From: Takakia lepidozioides
Lineage: Eukaryota > Plantae > Bryophyta
NCBI GenBank assembly: GCA_030704615.1
Contig: CM060732.1
Span: forward strand, 63,612,001 to 63,676,000
Length of the DNA: 64,000 nucleotides
Direction of reading: 5' to 3'
The notes beneath the pieces were generated by a model that was not told the origin of the DNA, did not search any database, and worked only from the letters and a program-made list of their open reading frames with translations. Each line of letters begins with the position of its first letter. Within the stretch, counting starts at the first letter, position 1. The position numbers were made by a program, and so were the translations under genes. Shown here piece by piece: positions 1-13,003 of the stretch.

Positions 1-79
1 AATAATAATAATGATGATCAATGATTACCATGGACCAAGGGGCCTGGTTGCAGGTGGGCCCTCTTTACTCGTCCTCCTT

Positions 80-1990
80 ACCTCTTGCACCACATGCCAT
101 AAGAAAAGGAGGAAGCTCATTAGCTTCATGGTGAACTAAAGCTAAAAACAGTAAAATAACCAAAAGTGGTGGATGCTTACCAACGTCACTAACTCTACTT
201 GCTACAGCATTGATATCCACTCGATTGCTTAGATCATTCTCTTTTGAAAAGCCCTCTTCAGTAGCTGAACAGCACTTGGAGACGACTGGATGACTAAATC
301 ACTGACAACCAAGACCAGGTTGACTTTCTGTAATCTCTACTGAAAGGTAATTGCAAAAGCCCTAGAGAAGGCCACGACAGCACACTTAGCATTTAGCACA
401 TTTTTAATAGCATAGAGGATTTAACAGATACAAACTGGTGGCACATTCCAAACACAGGTGCAGGCATAAAGTAGCATAGGAGGTCACTAGAGTGATGATT
501 CCATGGGTTAACCCTTCATATGCTAGTATACAAAACTATGAGGCTAAAAGTGAACTGTGTTAACAAAGACATGCATCCATTGGTGGGTGTGCTGCAGCAA
601 CTCAACCCAAATAAATCATTAAAATCTACCATTGAACTGTAACCTTAAAACCCACACATATTCCAGGTAGCAATACACATCGATTTCACAACTCCAACCC
701 AGGCAACAGACCACAACCTCACACTTGGACAACTCGCTTAATGCAAGCTTTCCAGTAGTGAAGTTAGGTCAAGCTTAACAACAAGGGTCTGGAGACATGG
801 TCTTTCAGAAGGTGGAAGAGGATAGTGTCCATAATATAAGCATGCCTGACACTGTAAGAGTGCAAAAAGTAAGACAATGATGACTGTCAAACCTTGTAAG
901 AGCAGGTCTGAAATCTGGCCAGGGAAGGGTGAACAAGTAGGTAGAAATGACAGGGAATTGCTTAGAAAATTACGGACGTACAAGATAAACAAGTGAAGAC
1001 AGCCAGAATGCAGTGCCACGTGGAGTAGCCAGAAACTATGAACGAGAGAGCCCCTGAAGGAGAGGGTGGAAGAGACGGGGGGATGGCTGCTCACATACCT
1101 CCTCTCGCCAGTCAACATTGTTCAAGATTCCCTGACACACAGCGAAAAGAGGAACACCTGCCTTGGCTATTTGGATGAAAAAAAGACCTGCAACCATCAT
1201 ACCACGCTGCTCATAACTGGAAGGAAAGCCCACCCCAGCACCCGGAAAAATTGCTCCACTAGAAAGTCCGTTATCCCTTTTCTCTCTCCCTCAATCAGTA
1301 CACTTCTAGGAGTTGAAAGCCCTTGGTGTCCCAAAGCACAATGGCAGATAAATTCATGACCAGCTGAAACGCAGCAGTCATACAATGCGAAGCCTCCCAA
1401 ATTTCTGCAAAACCTTGAAGTGGATTGAGCAACAAATAATAAAAATTAATCACAAGTTCCAAAATGTGTGCTTCTCCAGAGCTAGGCCTCTGCCATTCAA
1501 GAGTGGCATTACTTATACATGTTCCAATCTCGGATATAAAGATGCAAAAGCAAAAAGTTGAAGCCAAAAGTGGTTACTAGGTGAAAACCATGCTTGCCAG
1601 GTGCAAGGCCAGTTATCTTCACATTCACCGTTGTGGGACCTGCTCAAAAATCACACCTCCCTATTCAAACTTGGTCGAAAAGCAATTTTCCTTAAAGTGT
1701 AGTCCCCATAGGATACTGTCTCTCTCTGACTTTGTCCCAATATTGCCATACTGAGGCACAACAAACAACACAGTCTGGAAAAGAGTGGCGAAAGTTAGAG
1801 TGCAGAAATAGAACTACACAAATTTCCTTGTGTATAATTTGGAGGGCCTCAACTGACCTCTCGCCTTAGCGGATGTGAATCCAAATCCCTAGCGCTTACT
1901 CCTACTGCAGATGCGAACTTTAGAGATTCTTCCTCCGTGGTGGTTCAGGGATTCCCGTGCAATGTGTTCTCACGGTAGTTCTGTTCGATG
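80..1990 (-). other. Possible fragments of a spliced minus-strand transcript (unidentified)
   Basis: Several short segments are bounded by CAG acceptors and GTAAG/GTATGT/GTCAGT donors on the minus strand (e.g. about 1099-1124, GILNNVDWREE). No consistent reading frame or recognisable product. Confidence 0.2.
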
Positions 1991-2619
1991 TCTGGAATGC
2001 ATTAATCATATGATAGGGATAAAGTGGTCGCACACTGCCATTGTCAGGCACTCTGGTCCCAGCATGCAAAGACGCTGGGGAATGTCTCAAGTTTTAAGTA
2101 GGGAGAATTCAGCAGAAACCACGGCCAACGAATTATGTGTTCTAAAACCGTTCTTCAATCGCATGCCCCGTTGGAGCTAAATACATCTCCAAACCCTAAA
2201 CAAACAGTACCATGATCACTTTCACTCCCATCTATAACAAAGATCACAATGCTTCATTTTCATTTCGTCTGACAGCTATATCTACATTTATTCACAACAT
2301 GCAAAACCACAATCAGAGAGGTCTTCAGAAATAACCATCATCTTCCTGGACCAAATTGACAACGCCTTCTACGTTCGAAGTTCCTTTGAGCACCACAACG
2401 GCCTTCTTCGTCGCCGCAACAATGCTGAGCGGGCGACTAGTGGTTGCAGCTGGCCCTCCCGAGTGCTGGAGTTGGCAATCGCCATACTCTCGTCTTTCAA
2501 CGGCCCACCAGTGTGCGTAACCTGCGAGACGGTCGTCCCACTGAAGGGGCCGGAGGCCAATCCGAGCTCGGGCCGCATTCTAGGGACGTAGAGACACTTA
2601 GGGCTACAGCCCACGGGTG

Positions 2620-2797
2620 GACCGGAACCGGAACCGGAACCGCTTTGAGGAACCGCCGGTTCCGGTTCCCACACAATCCCCAATGAGCGGTTCCGGTTCC
2701 GGTTCCGGTTCTGCACAGGCGGGTCCGGTTCCGGTCCGGTTTCACATAACCGGAACCGGCGGTTACCCGGGGCCAGGCGGGTAACCGCCCAACACTG
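2620..2797. mobile_element. One end of a hAT-like DNA transposon or MITE with ACCGGA/TCCGGT subterminal repeats
   Basis: Dense ACCGGA and TCCGGT hexamers in both orientations, ending ...GGTAACCGCCCAACACTG (CAGTGTT... on the minus strand, a hAT-like terminus). No matching opposite end or TSD found. Confidence 0.45.
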
Positions 2798-3904
2798 GTC
2801 TGTACCTGTACGTCCATGTTTGCAGAAAAAGGCTGGTGCCAAACCAACCGCAAATGACTTCACTGGAAGAAAGCGGTCTTATGGAAACCAGATAAATCCG
2901 CGGTGGCACCATCTCTTCACTTCACGTGTACAAATCCGGCTGTCACAATGCATACTATAATTGGCAACGATACAGACTCCTTGATGCAAGCTTAATCTGT
3001 GCTACGATCTTCACAACATAGTCCATGGAAATTAATGGAAGTAGAAGGATGAAGCTAGCTAATTATGGGACTCAAGAATGTGGGCCCTTGTCAGAAAAAG
3101 TGTAATAGGGCTTCATTAGATCACCTCTTTTGAAGTCCAAGTGTCCTTATCCCCGGTTTGCCAATGGTGGACGGTGTCAAGGCAATCTTACTGCGCCTGG
3201 ATCACTTCACCAACAGCAGTACCGATAAGCACATTTATCTGCAACCTTTAGACTTTGCTTATAAATACAGATTGGACCTGATCTTTGTGGCATTCGTCAC
3301 CGACGCACTGCTTTACTAGTACCATGTGTACTTATTTGCGGACCAAGTACTAAGTAGATTGTAGCACCGCCATGAACGACCCGTACGACCTCCTGGATCA
3401 GCTTGTGCTCGATCCAGATCTCAGCGACCTGCTGTCCACACTCTATCGTTGCCACAGGAACTAAGCAACAACGGCGATCACTAGAGGCATCTTTCTAAGG
3501 ACTAGGTCGGGAAAGGACAAATCGATTAACGGCTAGTTGAAGTCAGAAAACTCATCACCAAAAACTATGAGTCCAGTTCATAAGATTGGAAGAGAAAGAA
3601 GGAAACCGGTCGAGTAGAAAACCAGGGATGCTTCGTGGCGCCTGCTGCTATGTAAGAGCTGATCTAAACTTCAAGTTCGACATTCAACCACTATGCTCGG
3701 TCACATGAACATTATGCACGACGAAAAGTTGTGTATAGTTATAGTGCACGCTGTCTCACAAAGCTCTCAGACACATGCACAAGCTCAAACACATGAGTTA
3801 CACAAGCTCAAATGAATTAACTTAAGGAGTGCAGAGAGTCTCGCGAGCGGGGGCCACACATGTCTCCGTCACGTATCGCTGTCTGCGACACACGTGGCGA
3901 TGCA

Positions 3905-4290
3905 CGTCCGGCGCCAAATTCTTTTCATCCGTCGAAGGCATCGATTCTACGGATGGATGAAATCCATTATGCAGACATAACGAAGGGTGATCCTGGGTTC
4001 AATCCTCCATGCGTCAAACCCCTTCCATAAATGAACATGGAACACGTCGATGTTTTGGATGGATTGAAGCCGTTATGCAGGTGGCCCGTCTTTGTGTGCA
4101 AGCAGGGTGAACAGTTCACTCCTCCAAGTGCCAAAATCGTTTGATAGATGAATGTGGAACGCAACGAGTTTCCGATGGATGGAATCCAGTACGCAGTTAT
4201 GCATAACCAGGGTGATTCAATCCATTAAGCGCCAAACTGTTTCATGGATGAACATGGAACGCATCCATTTTTTGGATGGATGAAAGTGAG
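3905..4290. repeat. Diverged GGATGGA(T)GAAATCC repeat cluster
   Basis: CCGGCGCCAAATT plus several GGATGGATG(G)AA motifs resemble the core of the 42-45 kb MULE array. Confidence 0.3.
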
Positions 4291-6913
4291 TGCATTAATG
4301 AAAATAATAATTTTTATATTATAATGTGGTGAACAATGTATTGGGTTGTGGTGAAAAAGATAAAACGGGTCTTCCATCAATGCACAACCGCAATTCCTTT
4401 TAATTTTGTTAACGTGCATTTTGACAGTTTTCCACCATTGAGGAATGGATATCATCATAGAAGGATTATTTTTATAATGACAACCATCGTTATCATCGTG
4501 CTTGGATGAAGTACACCGACTAGGGTAGCCTGCGCCGTTGGCCTAAGTGTCAAGTATAAGTCCAACAACAATCCTCTATATATCCAAGTGCGTCTCCTAT
4601 GTCGAGGCCCAAATGCGACCCTGGGGAAACCACTTCCATTTTTTACCAAACGGTGTGCAAAAAAATATAGGGTGACATATATTCTTTGAAAATAAAAGTT
4701 ACAATATTCTTAGAAATGAAATTGGTTGTCCTTATTTGTGGATACCATATTTAAATCAAAAATAGGGTTATGAATATATGCTCCAATTATATATTTTTTA
4801 GAATTAGTATAGGGGTGCCACAATGGCAAGAGACATTGTATTGAGACTTCATAAATGACTAGTTGGATTTGGATGACGAGACTTGGACACGGCTTGGATG
4901 AGAGGACTTGGTTTATGGAGCATACGTTTTGGTTTAGGATTGCTTTATTTTCTTCTCATTTTGTCTTCTTCTCCGATGCAAGAGTTTTGTTACACCAGTT
5001 GCTGACCTCATTGTGTTGTTGGAAGCTCCGGTTTATTCACTTGTTGTAAGGTACTTCGTTCTCTCACATGAGGAATATTTTGTCACTACACTCAAAATAT
5101 GCAACAGTTTTCCTCATTTGTTTGATAGATGCATTAGAGCATTGAGCAAGAAAATATTTTGCACTCTAAGAGATATTTAATTTTTTTATGTTATTATACG
5201 GTGTCAAATATTTGATGATTACAGTCAAATACAAAAAAAATAGCATGCCAGATAATTGTGCATAGCGAAGACTCCGGCCAAAGCCGGCATAACTAAGAGC
5301 CACTTTGCCTTATGGCTATTGCCCCTTTCGGGGCTGGGCCCCAATTTAAAATTAAATAATTATAGGGTGGAGGAAAAAAAGAAAAAGAAAAATACCCCCA
5401 TAGAAAATACCTTTAAATCGCAGATGATTCCCTAAACTATATATGGAGTGACTTTCCCGAGAATGCGACCTCTAGGGTAGCCTGTAGTCTTGGAATGCAA
5501 TTAGTTAGGAGTAGTTTCCGTAGGACACACAAATGATTTGCCCTACGAGCGTGGGAGTTGGCCCTGCGCTTGCTGGTAGTTTTAGAGAGTGGGTGGATAC
5601 CCTCCGCCGACCGTTGACCCTTTGTAAAGACCAGCGACACATTTCAGGGGTGGGCGGTTTTGAGCCTAACCCACCTCGTCGCCGGACTCCAGGCCCTGGA
5701 TTGACATTTAGCCTTTCCCTTCGCGGCTGTGGGCGGCGAGGCTCGTCATATTTATGGTGCGTCTGCCGGGAGTTCGGTAAGTTGCTACTAACGGTTGGTT
5801 AGTTGTTGGAGTATTTTTGCACTAACATGGGTTGTTAATGTTTGAAACGGTACGCCCTGAACCTAATTTTCTTTTGAATTTATGTGCATGTTTTGATAGG
5901 GTTGAGCCATAGTTGTTGTTGTAAGGTCCTAGGGAGCCTAGGAGAATTATTGCAAAAGTGTGAATATTATAAATATCGTGATCTAACAATTGTCATGGAA
6001 AATGCAGCATGATATATTTCTTTCAGTCGGTCGAGTGGTGGCATATGTCATTTGAAGCTCGGGTTCAAGGTCTTTATCAATTGATTTTTGGCACCAAGTC
6101 CGGGGAAGTCTCCATAGAGGTGGCCATATTGATTTGCCGAATGGCACGACGTCGTATTTTCCTCATTTTTTTAATTCAATACGCATTGGTCAGGCTGCTG
6201 CCAGCCACCTTTTCTTGGGCACCTTCATCTGACTTCCTCCATAGAGCTGCACTTGGCTTGGCAAATTGCTTATTTGGATTGTTGCCCTTTGTGTCGAACA
6301 ATAGCAGATGAAGGAATAGACCCTGCATTTCCAAGAGTGGATACAGAGGGCAATGAAACGACTGTTCCCTTCAAACAGCTGTCATCTTACCCCGGGATCT
6401 TTACCCCCGACCGGAGTCCGAATCTTTACCGAGTAGTTTTCCTAGAATGGCTCTTTGGGTGTGGAATCAGAGGTTGACGATGGACATAATGCCACATCTA
6501 ATGCATAACATCAAACTAATTCACCCACCCAGATTCTATGGGAAATGGACAACATCTTCAGCATTGGTAATTGAGTTGATTACCACGCATCAGTTGGACT
6601 TGGCGGCATGAGTTGGCCCTGGAGAAGTAGAGTGGGATATCGATTACTCAGCTAAATTCCCTCCAACAACTCATCAAATTGACACCGATAGGTCACCCCA
6701 ACTTTGGATATCACATGCTATTCCATCGGAGTTTATTCCCATTCTACCATTGAGGGTGATATGTGACTTGCCTTGGAACCACGCCCAATGGAACCACGGC
6801 AAGCACGCCCCTCATGACTCCAAGCATGTCACCAAGTTCCTCATCAGTTCAACTGTCGTTAGCGGCGCCTCATTGTTCTCCTTCAGCAATCATGGGGATG
6901 ATAAAGGACGTAG

Positions 6914-7320
6914 TTGCTCACTCCCATTGTAGAGCCCACTGAATGGCAGCAATTTGTGGATGCTATGCTTTCCAAACGGCTTTTCTTTGAAAATAAGGCC
7001 AGGGCTAACATTGTTTGGGCGCAGGCTGTGCAGGCTCGTAACTACAATAAGAAAGTTCACTACTCGGAAGAATTCTTGATGGGCCCCAAAATGCGTGTGT
7101 GCGTCTGCAACTTGGGAAAATTATTTCCAAAACTTCGAAGCGCATTGAGAGCCCTTATCTCATCACTGAAAAGCTTCGTGGGAGAAAATTCTTGTTGCTT
7201 CCCCAACATCATTCCACGCCACACAGAGCTCACCCAGTGCATGTGGGTCACTCCCTGGTTCTCAACAAATTGGTCGTCGATCTTATCTGCTTAAATGTGG
7301 AAGGCACGATGACATGCTAA
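6914..7320 (+). pseudogene. Highly degenerate Ty3/gypsy integrase C-terminal region (GPY/F-like)
   Basis: KARANIVWAQAVQARNYNKK, then after a frameshift SKTSKRIESPYLITEKL, resembling the post-integrase helix and GPY/F module. Confidence 0.3.
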
Positions 7321-8838
7321 CCTTTGTGTGTGTTTGAGTGCAGGGATTGTTTGTTTTTTTGGTGGTCTAAGTTGTGGCCATCTCTTTTGCGTGTGTGCCA
7401 AAACTGGTCGACTTCATACCATCATCATCTAGTGGGTAGTTGCGGCCTACAGTGGACCAAAATGAGACACCATGAGTCCCTAAAAGTACATAAAGGGGGA
7501 TGTGACGAATCCTCAACCATTGGATTCGCTTCAATTTACGATCTCAACCATCTATTATTGACCATTAAAGACTTTATTTTCAAATTGCGATAGTTTCAGA
7601 TCACGATAGTTTTTTTCAAATTTGACCTTGATCCATCCCGGGGGTCTACCCTTGGTCTATGTATTTAATGTGGTAGTGTTCATATTTCAAAGAATTATAT
7701 ATGTAGAGGACTTTACGAAAAATAGTTATTTTGAAGGCTCCAAATAGTACATAAAGTTTATTTTACTTAATATTTTTGTCATTCTAGATTCTTTATCCCT
7801 CAAAACACATTTGGTCAAATCCCTTTTTCTAATTTTCTATGAATCATGCTTTAAAAAAAATCCATAACGGTCTTTATATGGACTATAACAAATCCTTATG
7901 GACTTGTTCAAAAGTCCATAATTTCTAACCATTTGCTTTTTTGGTTGTAAGACTTGGAAGAGGGGAAATATATGTAGTTGAGCCTTCATAGCTTAGTCTT
8001 TTTTTACTAATAACATTTCCATTTGGGAGTAACATAATTTACAACTAATCAAGGTCCCAAAAAAACAATGTTGTGACAGCATTTTTTGTCCACCATAGGC
8101 TACAACTACCCTAGTGTTAGAAGAGGTGGAAGCCCATAGCACAGGCTTTAGCTCGTATTAATTTCTGCATCACTGTTGTAAAGTGATTGGGGTTTTCTCC
8201 CAGCGAGTTTTGTCGTTAGCCCACTTTGTAGGCGCAAGGTTTTCTCATTGAGGGTTTTTTCATCACTCTCACGCCGGATGCTAGTATTAGGCATGATGTG
8301 GATTGCTTAGCTTTGGTAGTTCGTTATTTCGGTTAGCTCGCAGGAGCTCACTTTCCTGGCGGGGGCAAGCTTTACATATGTAGAGCTCCAGATTCCATGG
8401 TGGTGCATATGCTCTCTTGTGAGTCCCTTGGATGAAAAGTAGAGGTAGTTGGATATTAATAATGACAGTGACTATATTTGGTTATATGATTGTCATACAC
8501 TAACAGTCATGAGATAAGCCAACCTGGAAACTGAGCTAGCCGATGTGAGGTCTTGTAATCTGCATGCCCAATGAGAATTATGCATTTGGATCTCCAGATA
8601 AGTCTCTCATGATTAGTTAAATCAAGAGTTCATCAAGCTGAGGTAGGATGTTTTTGATGATCAACCCGGTGCAGTGGATGTGTGAGTGCTTCTGGATGAA
8701 ACAGCTTTGATACTCTGCCGCGTATAGTGATTGGCTTAGCTTGTGTGTGCTCTGTGATAGATCCTCCCTTGTCGGCTTAGCAAGGTTCTACAGCTTACAT
8801 TTCCATGTGCATGATTTTAAGAGCATGGGAGTTTAGCT

Positions 8839-9130
8839 TTACATGTTGCGTTTAGGGCAGTTGGAACGCAAGTGACCTTCTCCGTTACAGATGAAGCAGG
8901 TTGCAGAGATTAGCTCATCTCTGATCGCTACAACGATGAAAGAATTGAGGGTAGGTAGCTTGATCCAACATGAGGACCACCAACTTAGGGACCTCTCCAC
9001 CTTTGGTGAAATCAAAGTTTGCCACATCATTGTCCACACTCATGATGTTGTCCTGAACGGCTCAAACACGTTCAGTGAGCCAATGAAGGTGCCAAAGTTG
9101 GCGCCTATTTCAGGGAGGGAAGTAAGATAA
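8839..9130 (-). pseudogene. Retroelement gag relic with a CCHC zinc knuckle
   Basis: CFICNGEGHLRSNC fits CX2CX4HX4C. Confidence 0.55.
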
Positions 9131-10186
9131 GTAGCCAGGAGGAAGGGTATATGTTTTAATTAAAGACAAAATACATGATGAACGCTGGAACAAATATGCA
9201 CTAACTAGAAGTTTTTTCATGAAACCGTGATGTTAACCCCTAAAGGACGAGCTAACTTTTGGGAGTTTTCCCAAAAAGTGGGCCATACCCTCCATTGCTG
9301 AGCTGTAACTTCCTACCCCCTTACATCTAGCTAGATGAACCGTTCCATTTCATCCCTACCTACTATATGAAGGTCCTCAGAAAATTGTAATCCGGATAAG
9401 GGGCAACCAACATGTCATTTCCCAAAATCGCAGACCAAAATGCCAAAAATATGGGGGGGCTGCTTTGTATGTGAGTTTGGGGGGGTGAAATCGGATCCCA
9501 CTTACTCTACTTACCCCAATGCAGTGCAAGGGCAAGCAAAATTGTTTGAATATTGATTCCTGCGGTCAGTAGATGCTTGTCCCCAAGACAAAGGGCCTCC
9601 ACAATGTTTTTGGGGATTCAGACATAAATTGCAAGGTGGATGGGGTCTTTTGGCAATTTTCAGGCCAGTGCCAATTCAGGCATTTGGGTGCTGGTCCGGT
9701 GACTTCTTCGACGACTTAGTTTCGGGCCACGTCAGGCAAAATCACAGGCCCTGCGTAGGGCAAAAAGCAAAACCGAAACAAGCCCCTGAGTTGCCCGTCA
9801 CCACGACGACTACCCAACCGGCCGGCCAACTGCCTCACTTCCCTGCAGCATGACAAGGTCTCTCTATCTTGCCCTCTTTGAAGCTCTCTCTCACTCTCTC
9901 GTCATTACCATCCAAAACCAAAATTGAGGGGGATTTGAACCCCCTGATCTGCCCGTATGTGCAGACAGCCCCCCCCCCCCCCCCCAAGCAGCCAGAGAAC
10001 CCCCTCCAACAAGGCAACAAACCCCCACTGCAGCAACCTCCTGGAGACCCCCAAAAATCTGCAACCACCCAACCACAGCCCAGAAACCCCTTCTGCATTG
10101 TGCCCTGTCATCATGGACTCCCAACCAAAACAACAAGAACAGAAACCCCATGGCAACCCAGCAATGCAACCCCTTGCAATGCTTCC

Positions 10187-10912
10187 TGTCGCGGCCCTTT
10201 GCCTTGAGGGCAGGGGGGTCGGGACACAAGGGGGGTTGCCCCTGTGGTGGGGGCAATGGCAACAATAGGTACGGGGGCTGAAATACCCTTGAGTGCCCAA
10301 GGCACTCAAGGAGGCGGAGGCGCTCACTAGGTGGAGCCCCGCACACCGGGTTGTGGTGGGGGTGGTTCCACGAGGGGTAGTGGTAGCTTAGTGGGTTTTA
10401 GTGGGGGTGGCATAGGACTCACCATGGGGCGGAGATCTTGTGGTATGAGTCATGGGGAGTCTTGGGACTCATCACGGTCCAATGGGGCTGGGATGGGTGG
10501 GCCAAGACTCACCGTGACTCATCACCGAGAATCGAGAGTCTTCGTGGTGGTTTGCCATAAAATGGCAGGGTTGTTTGTGAAACCCACGCAGACAGTCACA
10601 GAAGTATATATAGGGAGTAGTAACCCCGAGAACGGTGCAAGCCCGTTGGTGACCAAAAACTAGTGAGTGAGCGAGTGAGCCGGAAAGCGACCATGGAGAG
10701 GGGAGCTATTCCGGACTGCCATCTACCAAAGGGAATTTCCACTAGGCCCAAATTGGTGGAGGGTCTTTTGGAGGAGCAAAAGGGGACCGTTATGTCCCGG
10801 TGAACAGCTGAAGCTCCGAGTTGGCCCGACGGCCAGTTTGGGAGTTAGGCGCGCGCATCAAAGCGAGTAACTATGACTTGAAGGGGATCTTACCGAAGTG
10901 AGGTGCACGACA
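10187..10912 (+). mobile_element. 5' LTR of a Ty3/gypsy element
   Basis: TGTCGCG...CACGACA termini, followed by a PBS and gag. A homologous copy lies at 61952-62480 on the minus strand. Confidence 0.75.
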
Positions 10913-10914
10913 CT

Positions 10915-10926
10915 TGGTATCAGAGC
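10915..10926 (+). promoter_or_regulatory. Primer-binding site, tRNA-iMet
   Basis: TGGTATCAGAGC, 2 nt after the LTR end. Confidence 0.85.
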
Positions 10927-10967
10927 TTAGAGTTCAGTACTTGATCGTCCTTGAGATCGGCCTCATC

Positions 10968-12340
10968 ATGGGGTCGGGCAAGCCAAAGCGAAAGCGGAAT
11001 GGCCTGAAAGATGATGATCCTAGTGAGCCTAGTGGAGGCGACGTGTCACCAAAGCGGCAATTTGAGGAAGCGATTCATGCTTTTGAAAGCGAGGCCACTC
11101 AAGAACGAAATGAATCTGGGGAGTCGGAGCCCGAGGACTTCCCAGAGGCTCCGGCAGACCAACAGATGTCTCCCATGCCAGCAGCCTTTTGGGAAGGGTT
11201 GTTGACGCAATTTGGCGGGACGTTGAAAGACGTGTTGAGGGCAGCTAATGTCACTTCCACTAAGGCAAAGTTTAAGGTGAAGCCTAAGGAACCCGACACC
11301 TTTGAGGGCGTCCAAAATCGGAAGGCACTCAACATATGGCTCTTGGAGCTAGAGTAGTACTTCCAGACGGCCAAGTTGAGTGACGAGGATCGGGTGGAAG
11401 TGGCTCCCACCTATTTGAGGGGCTATGCTCAACAATGGTGGTAGAAACACCTTCATGACCAAGGTCCAAACACAGAAACCTTGAGCTGGAGTGGGTTCAA
11501 GGAACTTATGAAAATACAGTTTGTGCCCCTCAACGCGTCCTTGCTCGCCCGAGACAAGATGAGTAATTTGAAGCAAATGGATGACATTCAGGGATATGAT
11601 CAGGCTTTCAATGTGCTGTTGCTCAAAGTCGCGGATATGGCAGAACCAGAAATAGTCTTCAACTTTGTGGCGGGTCTGGCTTCATGGGCCAGGCGGAAGT
11701 TGGAGGAGAAGCCACCTAAGACTTTGAACAAGGCAATTGAAAGGGCTGAATATTTCTCGGATGTCCCTAGGAGCGAAAGACAAGGCCGTACGGAGCTGAA
11801 CCACAAGAAGACCCGGTGGGAGGGTGACTCCTTCCGACCGGAAAAGAAGTGGGATAGGCCACGCGGCGACAATGGCACATGAAAATCGAAGGGAGGGCCT
11901 TCACACATCCCGGTGCTTCGAAAGGAAAATCAGGTGCGACGGCTTATGGTGGACAGAATGCGACCTTCGATGGAGTGTGCTTTAATTGCGGGGAGCCTGG
12001 GCACATGATCAAGAAGTGCGTGAAACCCCGACAATTGAACATGACTTGGGCGGCCACGGAGCTGTCCGAAGATTCCATCAATCGCTTGGTGGAGGCGGTG
12101 GTCGTCAAGACTTGCAAGGTAGGCAACTACTCTTGTGAGTTGTATCAGGAAACTGACGCCTTGCAAAAAAGAGTCAGTTAATGTTCGTGAATGGGATAAT
12201 TTCCGGAACTAACGTATTGTTGTTGGTGGACACAGGAGCGTCGCACTCCTTCATGACACCGACAACGGCACGGAAGCTGGGGTTCCCGACAAGTGATGTG
12301 TGGGGCTCCATTGAAGTGCGTTTTGCCAAAGGAGAACCAT
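10968..12340 (+). pseudogene. Ty3/gypsy gag-protease relic, 3'-truncated
   Basis: Capsid motif KPKEPDTFEG...WLLELE, zinc knuckle CFNCGEPGHMIKKC and protease LLVDTGASHSF. Contains stops and frameshifts and is cut by the LTR at 12341. Confidence 0.85.
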
Positions 12341-13003
12341 TGTCATGGTTTTAGTCATGGTTATCTAGAATTACATACTTCTAGTTAACTAGGACATTTT
12401 AGATATTTATATTTATATTTGTGTGTTGGGACTTCATTTGGTCTCACCTGCCAAATGAGGTGTCGAGCCTCACTTGGGACATGGGGATAGGTTTTCCCCT
12501 TTGAGGATGGAGGAGGCTCATCTTCTTGTAGTTGAGCCTCCATAAGCCTCTCTCACCTCCATAGCTCTAGGTATTGAGAGGGAGTGTGGTGAGGGCTTTG
12601 TAGGGTGGATTCCCTTAGCAAGGGTGCCCTTGGCTTGACTTAGTTTATGTGATTGAGTGGATTCATGAGTGGAGGGTTTCCATTATGTTCACTTTCATTC
12701 TCACTACAAGAAGATCACCTTATGCTTATGAGTGCAGAGTGTAAGGATAGTTTTGCACTTGTTTTGGTGTACACCAAGGAGTGAGAGAGCTAGGAAAGCT
12801 CAAGTATCTCACAAGGCTTGCAAGGTGTTGCAAGGGAGAGTGTATTTGCATTGCATCAAGGAGGTGGAGAGCTCAAGGAGAGAGCTCTTGAGTTATAAAA
12901 CTTTGCAAGTATTACAAGGAGAAAGTTTTGTGTGTGCGGAAGCAAAAGGTCTGAAAGTTTGAGAAAAAGGAGCGTCATCTCTTGTATCTCAAGTATTGTG
13001 ACA
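12341..13003 (+). mobile_element. Solo LTR with 5-bp TSD
   Basis: TGTCA...TGACA termini flanked by ACCAT at 12336-12340 and 13004-13008. Confidence 0.85.

Noticed and set aside
2369-2863. ORFs with RNRNRN, GTGTGT or PEPEP repeats
   Set aside because: Translations of the ACCGGA hexamer repeats.
5310-5345. Helitron 3' hairpin
   Set aside because: A GC hairpin is present but there is no CTRR terminus at the expected distance.
9629-10663. Cluster of overlapping ORFs
   Set aside because: C/G-rich low-complexity and LTR sequence, open on both strands, with no recognisable motifs.
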